NCBI GenBank assembly: GCA_013265495.1
Contig: MU061579.1
Location: forward strand, 5,764,963-5,828,962
DNA: 64,000 bases
Source of the DNA: Vicugna vicugna
Taxonomy: Eukaryota
Direction of reading: 5' to 3'
Every line of letters begins with the position of its first letter. The first letter of the stretch is position 1. This document shows, in pieces, positions 40,973-51,729 of the stretch. Made by a program: the position numbers and the translations under genes. The notes beneath the pieces are model-generated. The model ran no database searches, had not been told where the DNA came from, and worked only from the letters and a program-made list of their open reading frames with translations.

Positions 40973-42629
40973 TGACAATTTCTTTTTGCATTTTCTTGAC
41001 TCTTTGTTTTTAAGTTTCATGGAACTTCAATCTAATGTTTTGGATTAAAAATTGTATCAAAGCATATATAAAATAATATTGTCCTAAGTTCAATAAGTAT
41101 CTGGAGTGTATCTACTTCCAAGGGCAAAAGATAAAACTGATAAAGTCACTTTATGCTTTACAACTTCAATAACTCTAATGAAATCGGTGATATCAACCTT
41201 TCCATTAAGGTTTCATAAAATATCATAGAAATGATGATTCTTCTTCATCAAATTATATCTTGAAATTCTGAAAGAACTCTGACACTGTATTTCCTGTTCC
41301 TTAAAGAAAAACACTCCAAATAAACATACAGTGCACATAAAATATACTGACACAATGAAGAGAAAATATTTCTTCTCAGATTTGTATTTGACAGTCATCA
41401 AGAAACTGAGAAAATGAAATTTTCTATTTTAACTTGTCATGTGAAGCATTTCAGATCCTTTAATCAAAATGTGATGTATATAAGCATATATATACAAAAT
41501 ATGTGTACATATATACACACATAGAAACTAATTATATGGCCCTGGAAAAGGTTTTAAATTTGCTGCAAGTAAATTTTCTTATTTACAAAAAATATTTTGT
41601 ATCACATTTACATTTTACAGTAATTTATTTGATCTTAATTTGGTCATCTTGAAGTTTTTGAAGGCTTACAAATTATTTCCATAGGTTACAACTTTTCAGC
41701 TTTTATCTCCAGTACTTTTGAAGTTATAGAGTCTATTTTATACAACCAATTGTTAAGTCACAGTATTCCAAGGTATTCTTTATAATGTATATCTCTGTAC
41801 TTCAGAGTTGGGAATAAATAGGATCTTTTGAATATGCCTCATTAAATATGAGGAACTCAGCAAAGGTAGCTCTCCTCAAACCAGTTCACTTATCCTTCCA
41901 CACATATCTTGATCTAGTTTAAAAATTCATCCAAGAATGATTTTGTCAGCTTGTTTATTATTAATCTGATTAAATTTAGTACTTCATTATTTTTATACCA
42001 AATATGAACAACATTTATGCTGTTTGGCATCTAATATCTGCAGAATTATATCAGCATGTATGTATGCATTTCTGTACATATATTACATATATAATAGATA
42101 TATCTGTATATACTTTTAGCCCTTACAAGATTTCCATGAATTATGTGTTACTACTATTCTCATTTTATGTTTGAGGAAACCTGAATTCAGAAATTTAAAA
42201 TAATGTTTTCCAGTGCTACCTAAGTTAAAACAGTAAAAGAGAAAATGAAATTATGTCAATTATGTCAATCTGGCTCCAGAGCCATGGTGTACACTTCTCA
42301 AAAGCCATCTCACATCCTTGCTTGCCTACTTTCTTCCTTGAATTGATGCAGCAGCCAGCCATATGTAGGAGTGACTTGACAGCACCCTGCCACAGCTACA
42401 AAGGGCACTTCTTGCTTTCTGATCCAGATTCTCTGCTACTCCTCTTAGGAAGCCTGTGGGAATCCATTCAGACAATCTAATGAATGTGCAAAGTAAGTAA
42501 CATGAATGCTGATGGACTCAGATTATTTGAAAGTATGTATTTCAGGATCTAGGACAAGCAGTAGATTTTTTTTAAATAAATGTAGTCAATGTGATAAGTG
42601 GTGAGATCAAATCAAATCAAATCAAATGA

Positions 42630-43675
42630 TCAATTAAAATCAGAGTTGGCAGAAAGAGAGAGATTCAAGAACAAAGAATAAGTGCAGCAAATAGAAAACA
42701 GTTACAAACAAGATTTTAGAATGAGAGGAATGAGCAAAGATAAAGAGGTGCATTATATAAAGATAATGCAGCAAATATCCAAAAAAGACATAGCAGTCCT
42801 AGCAGTGTATGCACCTAACAACAGATAATCCAAATATAGAAAGAAAATCAGATAGAAATGAAAAGAAAAAAAATTTTTTACTTTTATTTTCAGAGTTCAA
42901 TAGCCCTCTTAAAGTAATTGACAAATAAATCAGACAGAAAATGTATTTGGATGACATGAACATCATTATAAGTCAACTTAACCTAATTGGCATTTATGAA
43001 CATGTTTGTTATCCAACAACAGCAGAATACACGTTCTTCTCACACTCACATAGAACATTCACCAAAACAGACTACATTTGAGTCCATAAAACACATCCTA
43101 CTAAATTTAAGGAATAAAAATCATATAAAGTATGTTCTCAAACCATAATGAAATCAAAGTAAAATTTAATAAAAGAAAGAAGAATTCCAAGATACTTTGA
43201 TCTCAAAGAGGTGGATCATACCTCCCCACTCCTTAAGAGGAGGATGCACTCATAGTCACTTCCAAAAAACAAAGAACATGAAGAATGGTAAACGTGACTT
43301 TTTACTAGGTAGACCTGAGAAACACAACCTCAGCCAGGTCATCAAAGTTAACATCAACAATGATGAGTCATGTCGATGAGAAACTCACAACCTAGAGGAG
43401 CCTGAGAAGACCTGGCTACTAAATGTCAGTGATATATCCTAGATGGGAGTCTAGAACAGAAGAACATTAGGTAGAAACTAAGGAAATCTGAATAAAGTAT
43501 GGAGTACAGATAATAATAACACACCAATGTTGATTCATTACTTGTGAGAAGTGTAGCATACTAATATACAATGTTAAAAGTAGGGGGAAAGAACTACAGC
43601 ATATATGGAAACTCTCTGCACTATTGCCAACATTGTCCTATAAGTAACTATTCTAACACAGTTTATTTAAAAAGA
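42630..43675 (+). mobile_element. Ancient L1 (degenerate endonuclease domain + L1MC-like 3'UTR)
   Basis: GTGTATGCACCTAACAAC (YAPN) and GAATACACGTTCTTCTCAC..ACATAGAACATTCACCAAAACAGAC (EYTFFS..H.TF.KID-like), with many stops. Confidence 0.75.
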
Positions 43676-44264
43676 GTCAGACCAGTGACATGAAGAACTG
43701 AAGTGTCACCTACCCATAGAACCTACTATAGAGGTGTTGCTTAGTAAGTTAAGTCTTCTATCTGTTTTTAGCTGTTTCAAAATTACCTATGTAATTATGT
43801 TTTATTCTATGTTTATTATGCCAGTGTATCAATAACTTAGTCCATCAAAACATTACAGGCAGAAGTAGAGTTACTACAAGTAGTTTGGTGCTTACAAAGT
43901 CATTGGAAAGGGTAGGGGATAAGCCTCTGCACCTTGAGTTTCAAGTCACATCACTGCAACTGCAATCTGGTGGTCAGGATACTGCTGTCATCCTGTGACA
44001 TCACTGCTGCCACCCCAACTGCCTGTTACCCAGACAGTGGGTAATTAGGCAGTGGACTGTGGGGTGCGTTGTGGTTCAAACCCTTATGCTTATCAAGCTT
44101 GCTTCTCATCCACACCGCTGCAAAAAGCTGATACATCTCACTGCTGACTTCAGAGTCAAACCTGAGTAAAACCCATTTCCTGTACATAATTTACATAGAT
44201 ATCATTAGTGATAAATTTATATTTAAAAAATTCATTTTAGCATTGTTATGTTTTATTTTTTAAA

Positions 44265-44580
44265 AAGCTTTACTTTTTAGATGAGTTTTAGGTTCACAAC
44301 AAAACTAAGTGGAAATTATATAGAATTCCAGCATACCCCCTTCCCCACACATGCACACTCTCCCCCTAGTATAAATATCCCACATCAGAGTGGCAAAATT
44401 GATGAACTTATGTTGATGCATCATTTCATTATAACCCAAATCCATAGTTTACATTTGGGTTCCCTCATTGTAAACTCCATGGGTTTTCTGAATGTATAAC
44501 AATGTGTATCCATGATTATAAGACTAGTTTTACTGCCCTAAAAATCCACAGTGCTCTGTCTAGTCATCCTTCCCTCTTCC
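44265..44580 (-). mobile_element. Old L1 (L1MC/MD-like) 3' end
   Basis: TTTTAGGTTCACAACAAAACTAAGTGGAAA...AAATCCATAGTTTACATT..TTTTACTGCCCTAAAAATCC. Confidence 0.65.
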
Positions 44581-44614
44581 TGATTTTAGGTTCTTTAATT
44601 ATGTAAAGAAATAA

Positions 44615-45725
44615 GAATTAACACCAATTCTTCTCAAATTCTTTCAAAAGAATATTTCCAAACTCATTTCACAAGGCCAGCATCACTGTTATACAAGAGA
44701 AGGATACTGTAAGAAAAAAAAAAATTACAGGTCAGTAACCCTGTATAACACGGATGCAAAAATCCTCAGCAAAATACTAGCATATTGAATTCTGGAGCAA
44801 ATTAAAAAGAATACACACCATGATCAAGTGGGATTTATCCCTGGAATGCAAGAGTGGTTCAACATACACAAATTAATCAGTGTGATCCACCACATTAACA
44901 AAATAAAAGAGTAAAAATCATGTATATACAGAGAACAGAGTAGTGGTTACCAGAGGGGAAAGGGCAGGGGTATGGCAAAATGGGTAAAGAGGGTCAACTA
45001 TATGGTGACAGGTGGAAACAAGATTTGGTAGTAAACATGCTATAGTGTATACAGAAGTATATATATAGTGTATACTAGAAGTATAATGTACACATGAAAC
45101 TTGTGTAATATCATAAAACACTGTTACCTTAATAAAAAATAAATGAATATCACTGGAAGGAGAAAAAAATGAAAGAAAATGTGATATACATACACAATGG
45201 TGAAAATTATTCAGTCACAGAAAAGAAAAATTCTTGCCATTTGTGATATCCAGAATGAACATGGAGGGTATTTTGCTGAGTGAAATAAACCAGACAGAGA
45301 AAAACAAACACTGTATGGTATCACTTACAGGTGGAATCGCAAAAAAAAAGAAAAAGTAAGTTGATTTCATAGATACAGAGAACAGAAGGGTGGTTGTCAC
45401 AGTCCAAGGTAAGGGGAGATGGAGAGGTGTCGGTCAAAGGGTACAAATATTCAGCTGTAAGAAGAACTTCTGAGGATTTAATGTACATCATGGTGACTAT
45501 AGTTAATAGTATAGTGTTACATACTTAAAAGTTGCTGAGAGTAGATCTTAAGCATCCTGATCACACATAAAAATTAACTATGTGATATGATGGATATGTT
45601 AATTATCTTAATTTATTTAATTATTCCACAATGTATATGCATATCAAACCACCATATTGCACACTTAAAATATATACAATTATATTTGTCAATTATTCCC
45701 CAAGAAAGTTGGGTGAAAAAAAGAA
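44615..45725 (+). mobile_element. Cluster of old L1 fragments (RT segment and two 3' ends)
   Basis: CACCATGATCAAGTGGGATTTATCCCTGGAATGCAAGAGTGGTTCAACATA ([15 protein letters not shown]), followed by L1MA/MB-like 3'UTRs. Confidence 0.8.
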
Positions 45726-46151
45726 AGGAGATCATAAATTTTGCCCATCCAAAGAAAGATTAACTTCATTTTGAAGAGATGTACTTATAATTAATATAAT
45801 ATAGTTATAATCACTTTATATTCATTTTATATGTATATTTTTACATTTTTTATTGATTCATAATCATTTTACAGTGTTGTGTCAAATTCCAGTGTTCAGC
45901 ACAATTTTTCAGTCATTCATGGACATATACACACTCATTGTCACATTTTTTCTCTGTGATTTATCATAACATTTTGTGTATATTTCCCTGTGCTATACAG
46001 TGTAATCTTGTTTATCTATTCTACAATTTTGAAATCCCAGTCTATCCCTTCCCACCCCCAACCCCCCCCCCGTAACCACAAGTCTGTATTCTCTGTCTAT
46101 GAGTCTATTTCTGTCCTGTATTTATGCTTTGTTTTTGTTTGTTTTTGTTTT

Positions 46152-49100
46152 TTAGATTCCACATATGAGTGATCTCATATGGTATTTTTCTTTCTCTTTC
46201 TGGCTTACTTCACTTAGAATGACATTCTCTAGGAGCATCCATGTTGCTGCAAATGGCGTTATGTTGTCGGTTTTTATGGCTGAGTAGTATTCCATTGTAT
46301 AAATATACCACATCTTCTTTATCCAGTCACCTGTTGATGGACATTTAGGCTGTTTCCATGTTTTGGCTATTGTAAATAGTGCTGCTATGAACATTGGAGT
46401 GCAGGTGTCATCCTGAAGTAGATTTCCTTCTGGATACAAGCCCAGGAGTGGGATTCCTGGGTCATATGGTAAGTCTATTCCTAGTCTTTTGAGGAATCTC
46501 CACACTGTTTTCCATAGTGGCTGCACCAAACTGCATTCCCACCAGCAGTGTAGGAGGGTTCCCCTTTCTCCACAGCCTCTCCAGCATTTGTCATTTTTGG
46601 ATTTTTGAATGACGGCCATTCTGACTGGTGTGAGGTGATACCTCATTGTAGTTTTGATTTGCATTTCTCTGATAATTAGTGATATTGAACATTTTTTCAT
46701 GTGCTTTTTGATCATTTGTATGTCTTCCTTGGAGAATTGCTTGTTTAGGTCTTCTGCCCATTTTTGGATTGGGTTGTTTATTTTTTTCTTATTGAGTCGT
46801 ATGAGCTGCTTATATATTTTGGAGATCAAGCCTTTGTCGGTTTCACTTGCAAAAATTTTCTCCCATTCCGTAGGTTTTCTTCTTGTTTTATTTCTGGTTT
46901 CCTTTGCTCTGCAGAAGCTTGTAAGTTTCATTAGGTCCCATTTGTTTATTCTTGCTTTTATTTCTTCTAGGAGAAAATTTTTGAAATGTATGTCAGATAA
47001 TGTTTTGCCTATGTTTTCCTCTAGGAGGTTTATTGTATCTTGTCTTATGTTTAAGTCTTTAATCCATTTTGAGTTGATTTTTGTATATGGTGTAAGGGTG
47101 TGTTCTAGCTTCATTGTTTTACATGCTGCTGTCCAGTTTTCCCAACACCATTTGCTGAAGAGACTGTCTTTATTCCATTGTATATTCTTGCCTCCTTTGT
47201 CGAAGATGAGTTGACCAAAAGTTTGTGGGTTCATTTCTGGGCTCTCTATTCTGTTCCATTGGTCTATATGTCTGTTTTGGTACCAATACCATGCTGTCTT
47301 GATGACTGTAGCTCTATAGTATTGTCTGAAGTCTGGGAGAGTTATTCCTCCAGCCTCTTTCTTTCTCTTCAGTAATGCTTTAGCAATTCTAGGTCTTTGA
47401 TGGTTCCATATAAATTTTATTATGATTTGTTCTAGTTCTGTGAAATATGTCCTGGGTAATTGGATAGGGATTGCATTAAATCTGTAGATTGCCTTGGGCA
47501 GTGTGACCATTTTAACAATATTGATTCTTCCAATCCAAGAGCATGGAATATCTTTCCATTTTTTAAAGTCTTCTTTAATTTCCTTCATCAATGGTTTATA
47601 GTTTTCTGTGTATAATTCTTTCACCTCCTTGGTTAGATTTATTCCCAGATATTTTATTACTTTGGGTGCTATTTTAAAGGGGATTGTTTCTTTACTTTCT
47701 TTTTCTGTTGATTTATCGTTAGTGTAAAGAAAGGCAACTGATTTTTGAACATTAATTTTGTAACCTGCTACCTTGCTGAATTCTTCGATCAGCTCTAGTA
47801 GCTTTTTTGTGGACCTTTTAGGGTTTTCTATATATAGTAACATGTCGTCAGCATATAATGACACTTTTACCTCTTCTTTTCCAATTTGGATCCCTTTTAT
47901 TTCTTTCTCTTGCCTGATTGCTGTGGCTAGGACTTCCAGGACTATATTGAATAGGAGTGGTGATAGTGGGCATCCTTGTCTTGTCCCAGATTTTAGTGGG
48001 AAGCTTTTGAGTTTTTCACCGTTGAGAACTATGCTGGCTATAGGTTTGTCATATATAGCTTTTATTATGTTGAGATATGTTCCCTCTATACCCACTTTGG
48101 CGAGAGTTTTTATCATAAATGGGTGTTGAATTTTATCAAATGCTTTTTCTGCATCGATTGAGATGATCATGTGGTTTTTGTCCTTTCTCTTGTTGATGTG
48201 ATGTATTACATTGATTGATTTGCGTATGTTGAACCAGCCTTGTGTCCCTGGGATGAACCCCACTTGGTCATGATGTATAATCTTTTTTATGTGTTGTTGG
48301 ATTCTATTTGCTAAAATTTTGGTGAGGATTTTGGCGTCTATGTTCATCAGTGATATTGGCCTATAATTCTCTTTTTTTGTAGTGTCTTTGCCTGGTTTTG
48401 GTATCAGGGTGATGGTGGCTTCATAGAATGAGTTTGGGAGTATTCCCTCCTTTTCAATCGTCTGGAAGAGTTTGAGAAGGACTGGTATGAGTTCTTCTTT
48501 GTATGTTTGGTAGAATTCCCCGGTGAAGCCGTCCGGTCCTGGACTTTTATTTGTAGGGAGGTTTTTAATTGCTATTTCTATTTCCTTTCTAGTGATCGGA
48601 TTGTTCAAGTGTTCAGTTTCTTCTTGATTCAGTTTTGGTGGACAGTATGTTTCCAGAAACTTGTCCATCTCCTCTAGGTTATCCAGTTTGGTTCCATATA
48701 GTTTTTCATAATATTCTCGTATGATATTCTGTATTTCTATTTTGTTTGTTGTAATTTCTCCATTTTCCTTTCTTATTTTGCTAATTTGTGCTCTCTCTTT
48801 TTTCTTCTTTGTGAGTTTGGCCAGAGGTTTGTCGATTTTATTTACTTTTTCAAAAAACCAGCTTTTGGTTTGGTTGATTTTTTCTATGGTCTTGTTAATC
48901 TCTATTGTATTTAATTCCTCTCTGATCTTTATTATTTCCTTCCTTCTGCTGCTTTTTGGGGCTTTTTGTTCTTCTTTTTCTAATTGATTCAGGTGGTGGG
49001 TTAACTTGTTTATTTGAGATTGTTCTTCTTTTTTGAGAAAGGCCTGTATCGCTATAAACTTCCCTCTTAGCACTGCCTTTGCTGTGTCCCATAGGTTTTG

Positions 49101-49949
49101 AGTGGTTGTGCTTTCATTATCATTTGTCTCAAGGTATTTTTTAATTTCAGCTTTGATTTCCTCATTGATCCATTGTTTTTTCAATAACATATTGTTTAAT
49201 CTCCATGCTTTTCTTTTTTTCTCCTTTGTTTCTCTGTTGTTGATTTCCAGTTTCATGGCATTGTGGTCAGTAAAGATGCTTGAGATAATTTCTATCTTCT
49301 TAAATTTGTTGAGGTTTCTTTTGTGTCCAAGTACATGATCGATCCTGGAAAATGTTCCATGTGCACTTGAAAAGAATGTATATTCTATTTTTTGGGGGTG
49401 TAATGCTCTGAAAATATCCACCAAATCTAGTTTTTCTATTGTAGTATTTAATTTCTCTGTTGCCTTGTTTATTTTCTGTCTGGAAGATCTGTCTAGTGAT
49501 GTTAATGCAGTGTTAAAATCTCCAACTATGATTGTATTCCCATCAATATCCCCCTTTATCTCTGTTAGTAATTCTTGTATGTACTTAGGTGCTCCTATAT
49601 TGGGTGCATATATATTAACGAGTGTAATATCTTCATCTTGTATCACTCCTTTAATCATTATAAAATGTCCTTCTTTATCTTTCTTTATGGCCTTTGTTTT
49701 AAAGTCTATTTTGTCTGAAATCAGTACTGCAACACCTGCTTTTTTGGCTTTTCCATTTGCATGGAATATCCTTTTCCATCCTTTCACTCTCAATCTATAT
49801 GTGTCCTTCTCCCTAAAGTGGGTCTCTTGTATGCAGCATATTGAAGGTTCTTGCTTTATTATCCAGTCTGCCACTCTATGTCTTTTGACTGGAGCATTTA
49901 GTCCATTAACATTTACAGTAATTAATGATAGATGTGTGTTTATTGCCAT
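46152..49949 (-). CDS. L1 ORF2p: APE-like endonuclease, reverse transcriptase, C-terminal cysteine-rich domain (1265 aa)
   Basis: EN motifs NVNGLN, QETH, GDFN, SRIDH and TDHN; RT motifs YRPISL, QGCPLSP, YADD and KYLG; CX3CX7HX4C ([18 protein letters not shown]). No stops or frameshifts. Confidence 0.99.
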   Translation of the reverse strand: MAINTHLSLITVNVNGLNAPVKRHRVADWIIKQEPSICCIQETHFREKDTYRLRVKGWKRIFHANGKAKKAGVAVLISDKIDFKTKAIKKDKEGHFIMIKGVIQDEDITLVNIYAPNIGAPKYIQELLTEIKGDIDGNTIIVGDFNTALTSLDRSSRQKINKATEKLNTTIEKLDLVDIFRALHPQKIEYTFFSSAHGTFSRIDHVLGHKRNLNKFKKIEIISSIFTDHNAMKLEINNRETKEKKRKAWRLNNMLLKKQWINEEIKAEIKKYLETNDNESTTTQNLWDTAKAVLRGKFIAIQAFLKKEEQSQINKLTHHLNQLEKEEQKAPKSSRRKEIIKIREELNTIEINKTIEKINQTKSWFFEKVNKIDKPLAKLTKKKKERAQISKIRKENGEITTNKIEIQNIIREYYEKLYGTKLDNLEEMDKFLETYCPPKLNQEETEHLNNPITRKEIEIAIKNLPTNKSPGPDGFTGEFYQTYKEELIPVLLKLFQTIEKEGILPNSFYEATITLIPKPGKDTTKKENYRPISLMNIDAKILTKILANRIQQHIKKIIHHDQVGFIPGTQGWFNIRKSINVIHHINKRKDKNHMIISIDAEKAFDKIQHPFMIKTLAKVGIEGTYLNIIKAIYDKPIASIVLNGEKLKSFPLKSGTRQGCPLSPLLFNIVLEVLATAIRQEKEIKGIQIGKEEVKVSLYADDMLLYIENPKRSTKKLLELIEEFSKVAGYKINVQKSVAFLYTNDKSTEKESKETIPFKIAPKVIKYLGINLTKEVKELYTENYKPLMKEIKEDFKKWKDIPCSWIGRINIVKMVTLPKAIYRFNAIPIQLPRTYFTELEQIIIKFIWNHQRPRIAKALLKRKKEAGGITLPDFRQYYRATVIKTAWYWYQNRHIDQWNRIESPEMNPQTFGQLIFDKGGKNIQWNKDSLFSKWCWENWTAACKTMKLEHTLTPYTKINSKWIKDLNIRQDTINLLEENIGKTLSDIHFKNFLLEEIKARINKWDLMKLTSFCRAKETRNKTRRKPTEWEKIFASETDKGLISKIYKQLIRLNKKKINNPIQKWAEDLNKQFSKEDIQMIKKHMKKCSISLIIREMQIKTTMRYHLTPVRMAVIQKSKNDKCWRGCGERGTLLHCWWECSLVQPLWKTVWRFLKRLGIDLPYDPGIPLLGLYPEGNLLQDDTCTPMFIAALFTIAKTWKQPKCPSTGDWIKKMWYIYTMEYYSAIKTDNITPFAATWMLLENVILSEVSQKEKEKYHMRSLICGI

Positions 49950-50346
49950 TTTGAACTTATCTTTGCAGTTGAATTGGTATATCCTCTTTGTTCCTTTCTT
50001 CTTCCTTTTGTGGTTTGGTAATTTTCCTTTGTATTATCATGGATTTTATTTAATTTTTGTGACTCCCTTGTAAATTTTTGACTTGTGGTTACCCTTTTTT
50101 GTAAATCTATTAACCTATACCCGTTTTTAATAAACTGATAATAACATGATCTCAAACCCATCCTACTGTTAAAAAAATTTAAAAAAAAAAGAAAAAAAAT
50201 TCTATATTTCCCTGCCTCCCTCTCCCACTCTCAGTGATTTGTATGTCTTCTTTTATAATTTCGTGTTTTCTTTATTTGTAATTCATGAGTTATCACCTTT
50301 CCAGTTGTACGTTTCTCATTTCTGTAGCATCCTGCTGCTTTTCTAT

Positions 50347-51249
50347 TTAGAATAGCCCTTTCAATATTTCTTTTAGCATGGGTTTAGTGTTGCTAAACTC
50401 CTGCAGCTTTTTTTTGTCTGTGAAACTCTTTATTTCTCCTTCTATCCTAAAGGATAGCCTTGCTGGATAAAGTATCCTAGGCTGCATCTTTTTTTCATTC
50501 AGGGCTTTGAATATATCTTGCCACTCCCTTCTGGCCTGTAGTGTTTGTGTAGAGAAATCAGCTGAGAGCCTTATGGGGGTTCCCTTGTAGTTCACTCTTT
50601 GCTTTTCTCTTGCTGCCTTTAGAATCATTTCTTTATCCTTGACTCTGGCCATCTTGATTATGATATGTCTTGGTGTGGGTCTATTTGGGTTCTTCCTGTT
50701 TGGGACCCTCTGAGCTTCCTGTACTTGGATATCTGATTCCTTCTTTAAGTTTGGGAAGTTTTCAGTCATGATTTCTTCAAAAACCTTTTCAATCCCCTTT
50801 GATCCTTCTTCCCCTTCTGGGACCCCTATTATGCGAAGATTGGGACGCTTTATATTATCCCATAGGTCCCTTATGCTATTATCATTATTTTTTATTTGCT
50901 TATCTTGTAGTTCTTCTGAATGGGTGCTTTCTGTTGCCCTGTCTTCTAGATCACTAATTCGTTCCTCTGCATTAACTAGTCGGCTTTGCACAGCTGTTAG
51001 ATCATTCCTCATCTCTGTCAATGAGTTTTCCCATTTTGCTTGGCTCTTCTTTATAGCTTCAATTTCATTTTTGACATATTTTATTTCTCTAAGCATTATC
51101 TCTTTTAATTCCTTCAGCAATTTGATCACTCCTTTTTTGAAATCTTGATCTAGTAGGCTATCGATGTCTATTTCATTGAGCTTTCTTTCAGGGGATTCCT
51201 CTTGTTCTTTTAATTGGGAAAGGTTTCTCTGCTTCTTCATCTTGCTCAT
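50347..51249 (-). CDS. L1 ORF1p RNA-binding chaperone (300 aa)
   Basis: N-terminal coiled coil; RRM/CTD motifs NLRIIGVPE, PRHIIIK, AAREK, ARREW and YPARLSF. Confidence 0.97.
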   Translation of the reverse strand: MSKMKKQRNLSQLKEQEESPERKLNEIDIDSLLDQDFKKGVIKLLKELKEIMLREIKYVKNEIEAIKKSQAKWENSLTEMRNDLTAVQSRLVNAEERISDLEDRATESTHSEELQDKQIKNNDNSIRDLWDNIKRPNLRIIGVPEGEEGSKGIEKVFEEIMTENFPNLKKESDIQVQEAQRVPNRKNPNRPTPRHIIIKMARVKDKEMILKAAREKQRVNYKGTPIRLSADFSTQTLQARREWQDIFKALNEKKMQPRILYPARLSFRIEGEIKSFTDKKKLQEFSNTKPMLKEILKGLF

Positions 51250-51729
51250 ACCTCTCTGGCACTGTGGTTTATGGAGTATCAGTTGTCTATTTTGGATCTT
51301 AAGGATTTTATCTATCTAATGCCTATTTAGGAATAGAACTTAGGAAAAAAAAAAAAAAAAGAAAAAAAAAAAAAGAGAAAAGAATAAGAGAGAGAGAGAA
51401 AGATTTTTAAAAGAAGGGAGAAAGAGGGTTTGAAAACAATGTATAATGAATAATAGAAGAGCGGGTTGAAGCAGAGTATTAATCGGGTGGAGACGTCCTT
51501 TTAAAACCTTTAAAAAAAAAAGGGGGGGGGGGGAGATGAATATATGTGTTTGAAGCCTGTGTCTAATCAATAACAGGACATCAAAACCCAAGAGAAATAG
51601 AAATGAATTAAGAAGTAAAAATTAAGAGAGTAATTGAAAATAGAACAGGTAAAAACAGATTAAAAAAAAAAAAAACAAAAACAAAAACAAAAAACAAAAA
51701 AACAAAAAAAAACAAAAAAAAAGGGGGTT

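Noticed and set aside
40290..40991. 233-aa ORF as a standalone gene
   Set aside because: It is the ORF2 C-terminus of a truncated L1. The ATG and first codons come from the flank and TSD by chance, and no promoter is evident.
46654..51148. Several + strand ORFs of 65-202 aa inside the L1
   Set aside because: Antisense shadows of the A-rich ORF1/ORF2 coding strand, with hydrophobic low-complexity translations and no recognisable domains.
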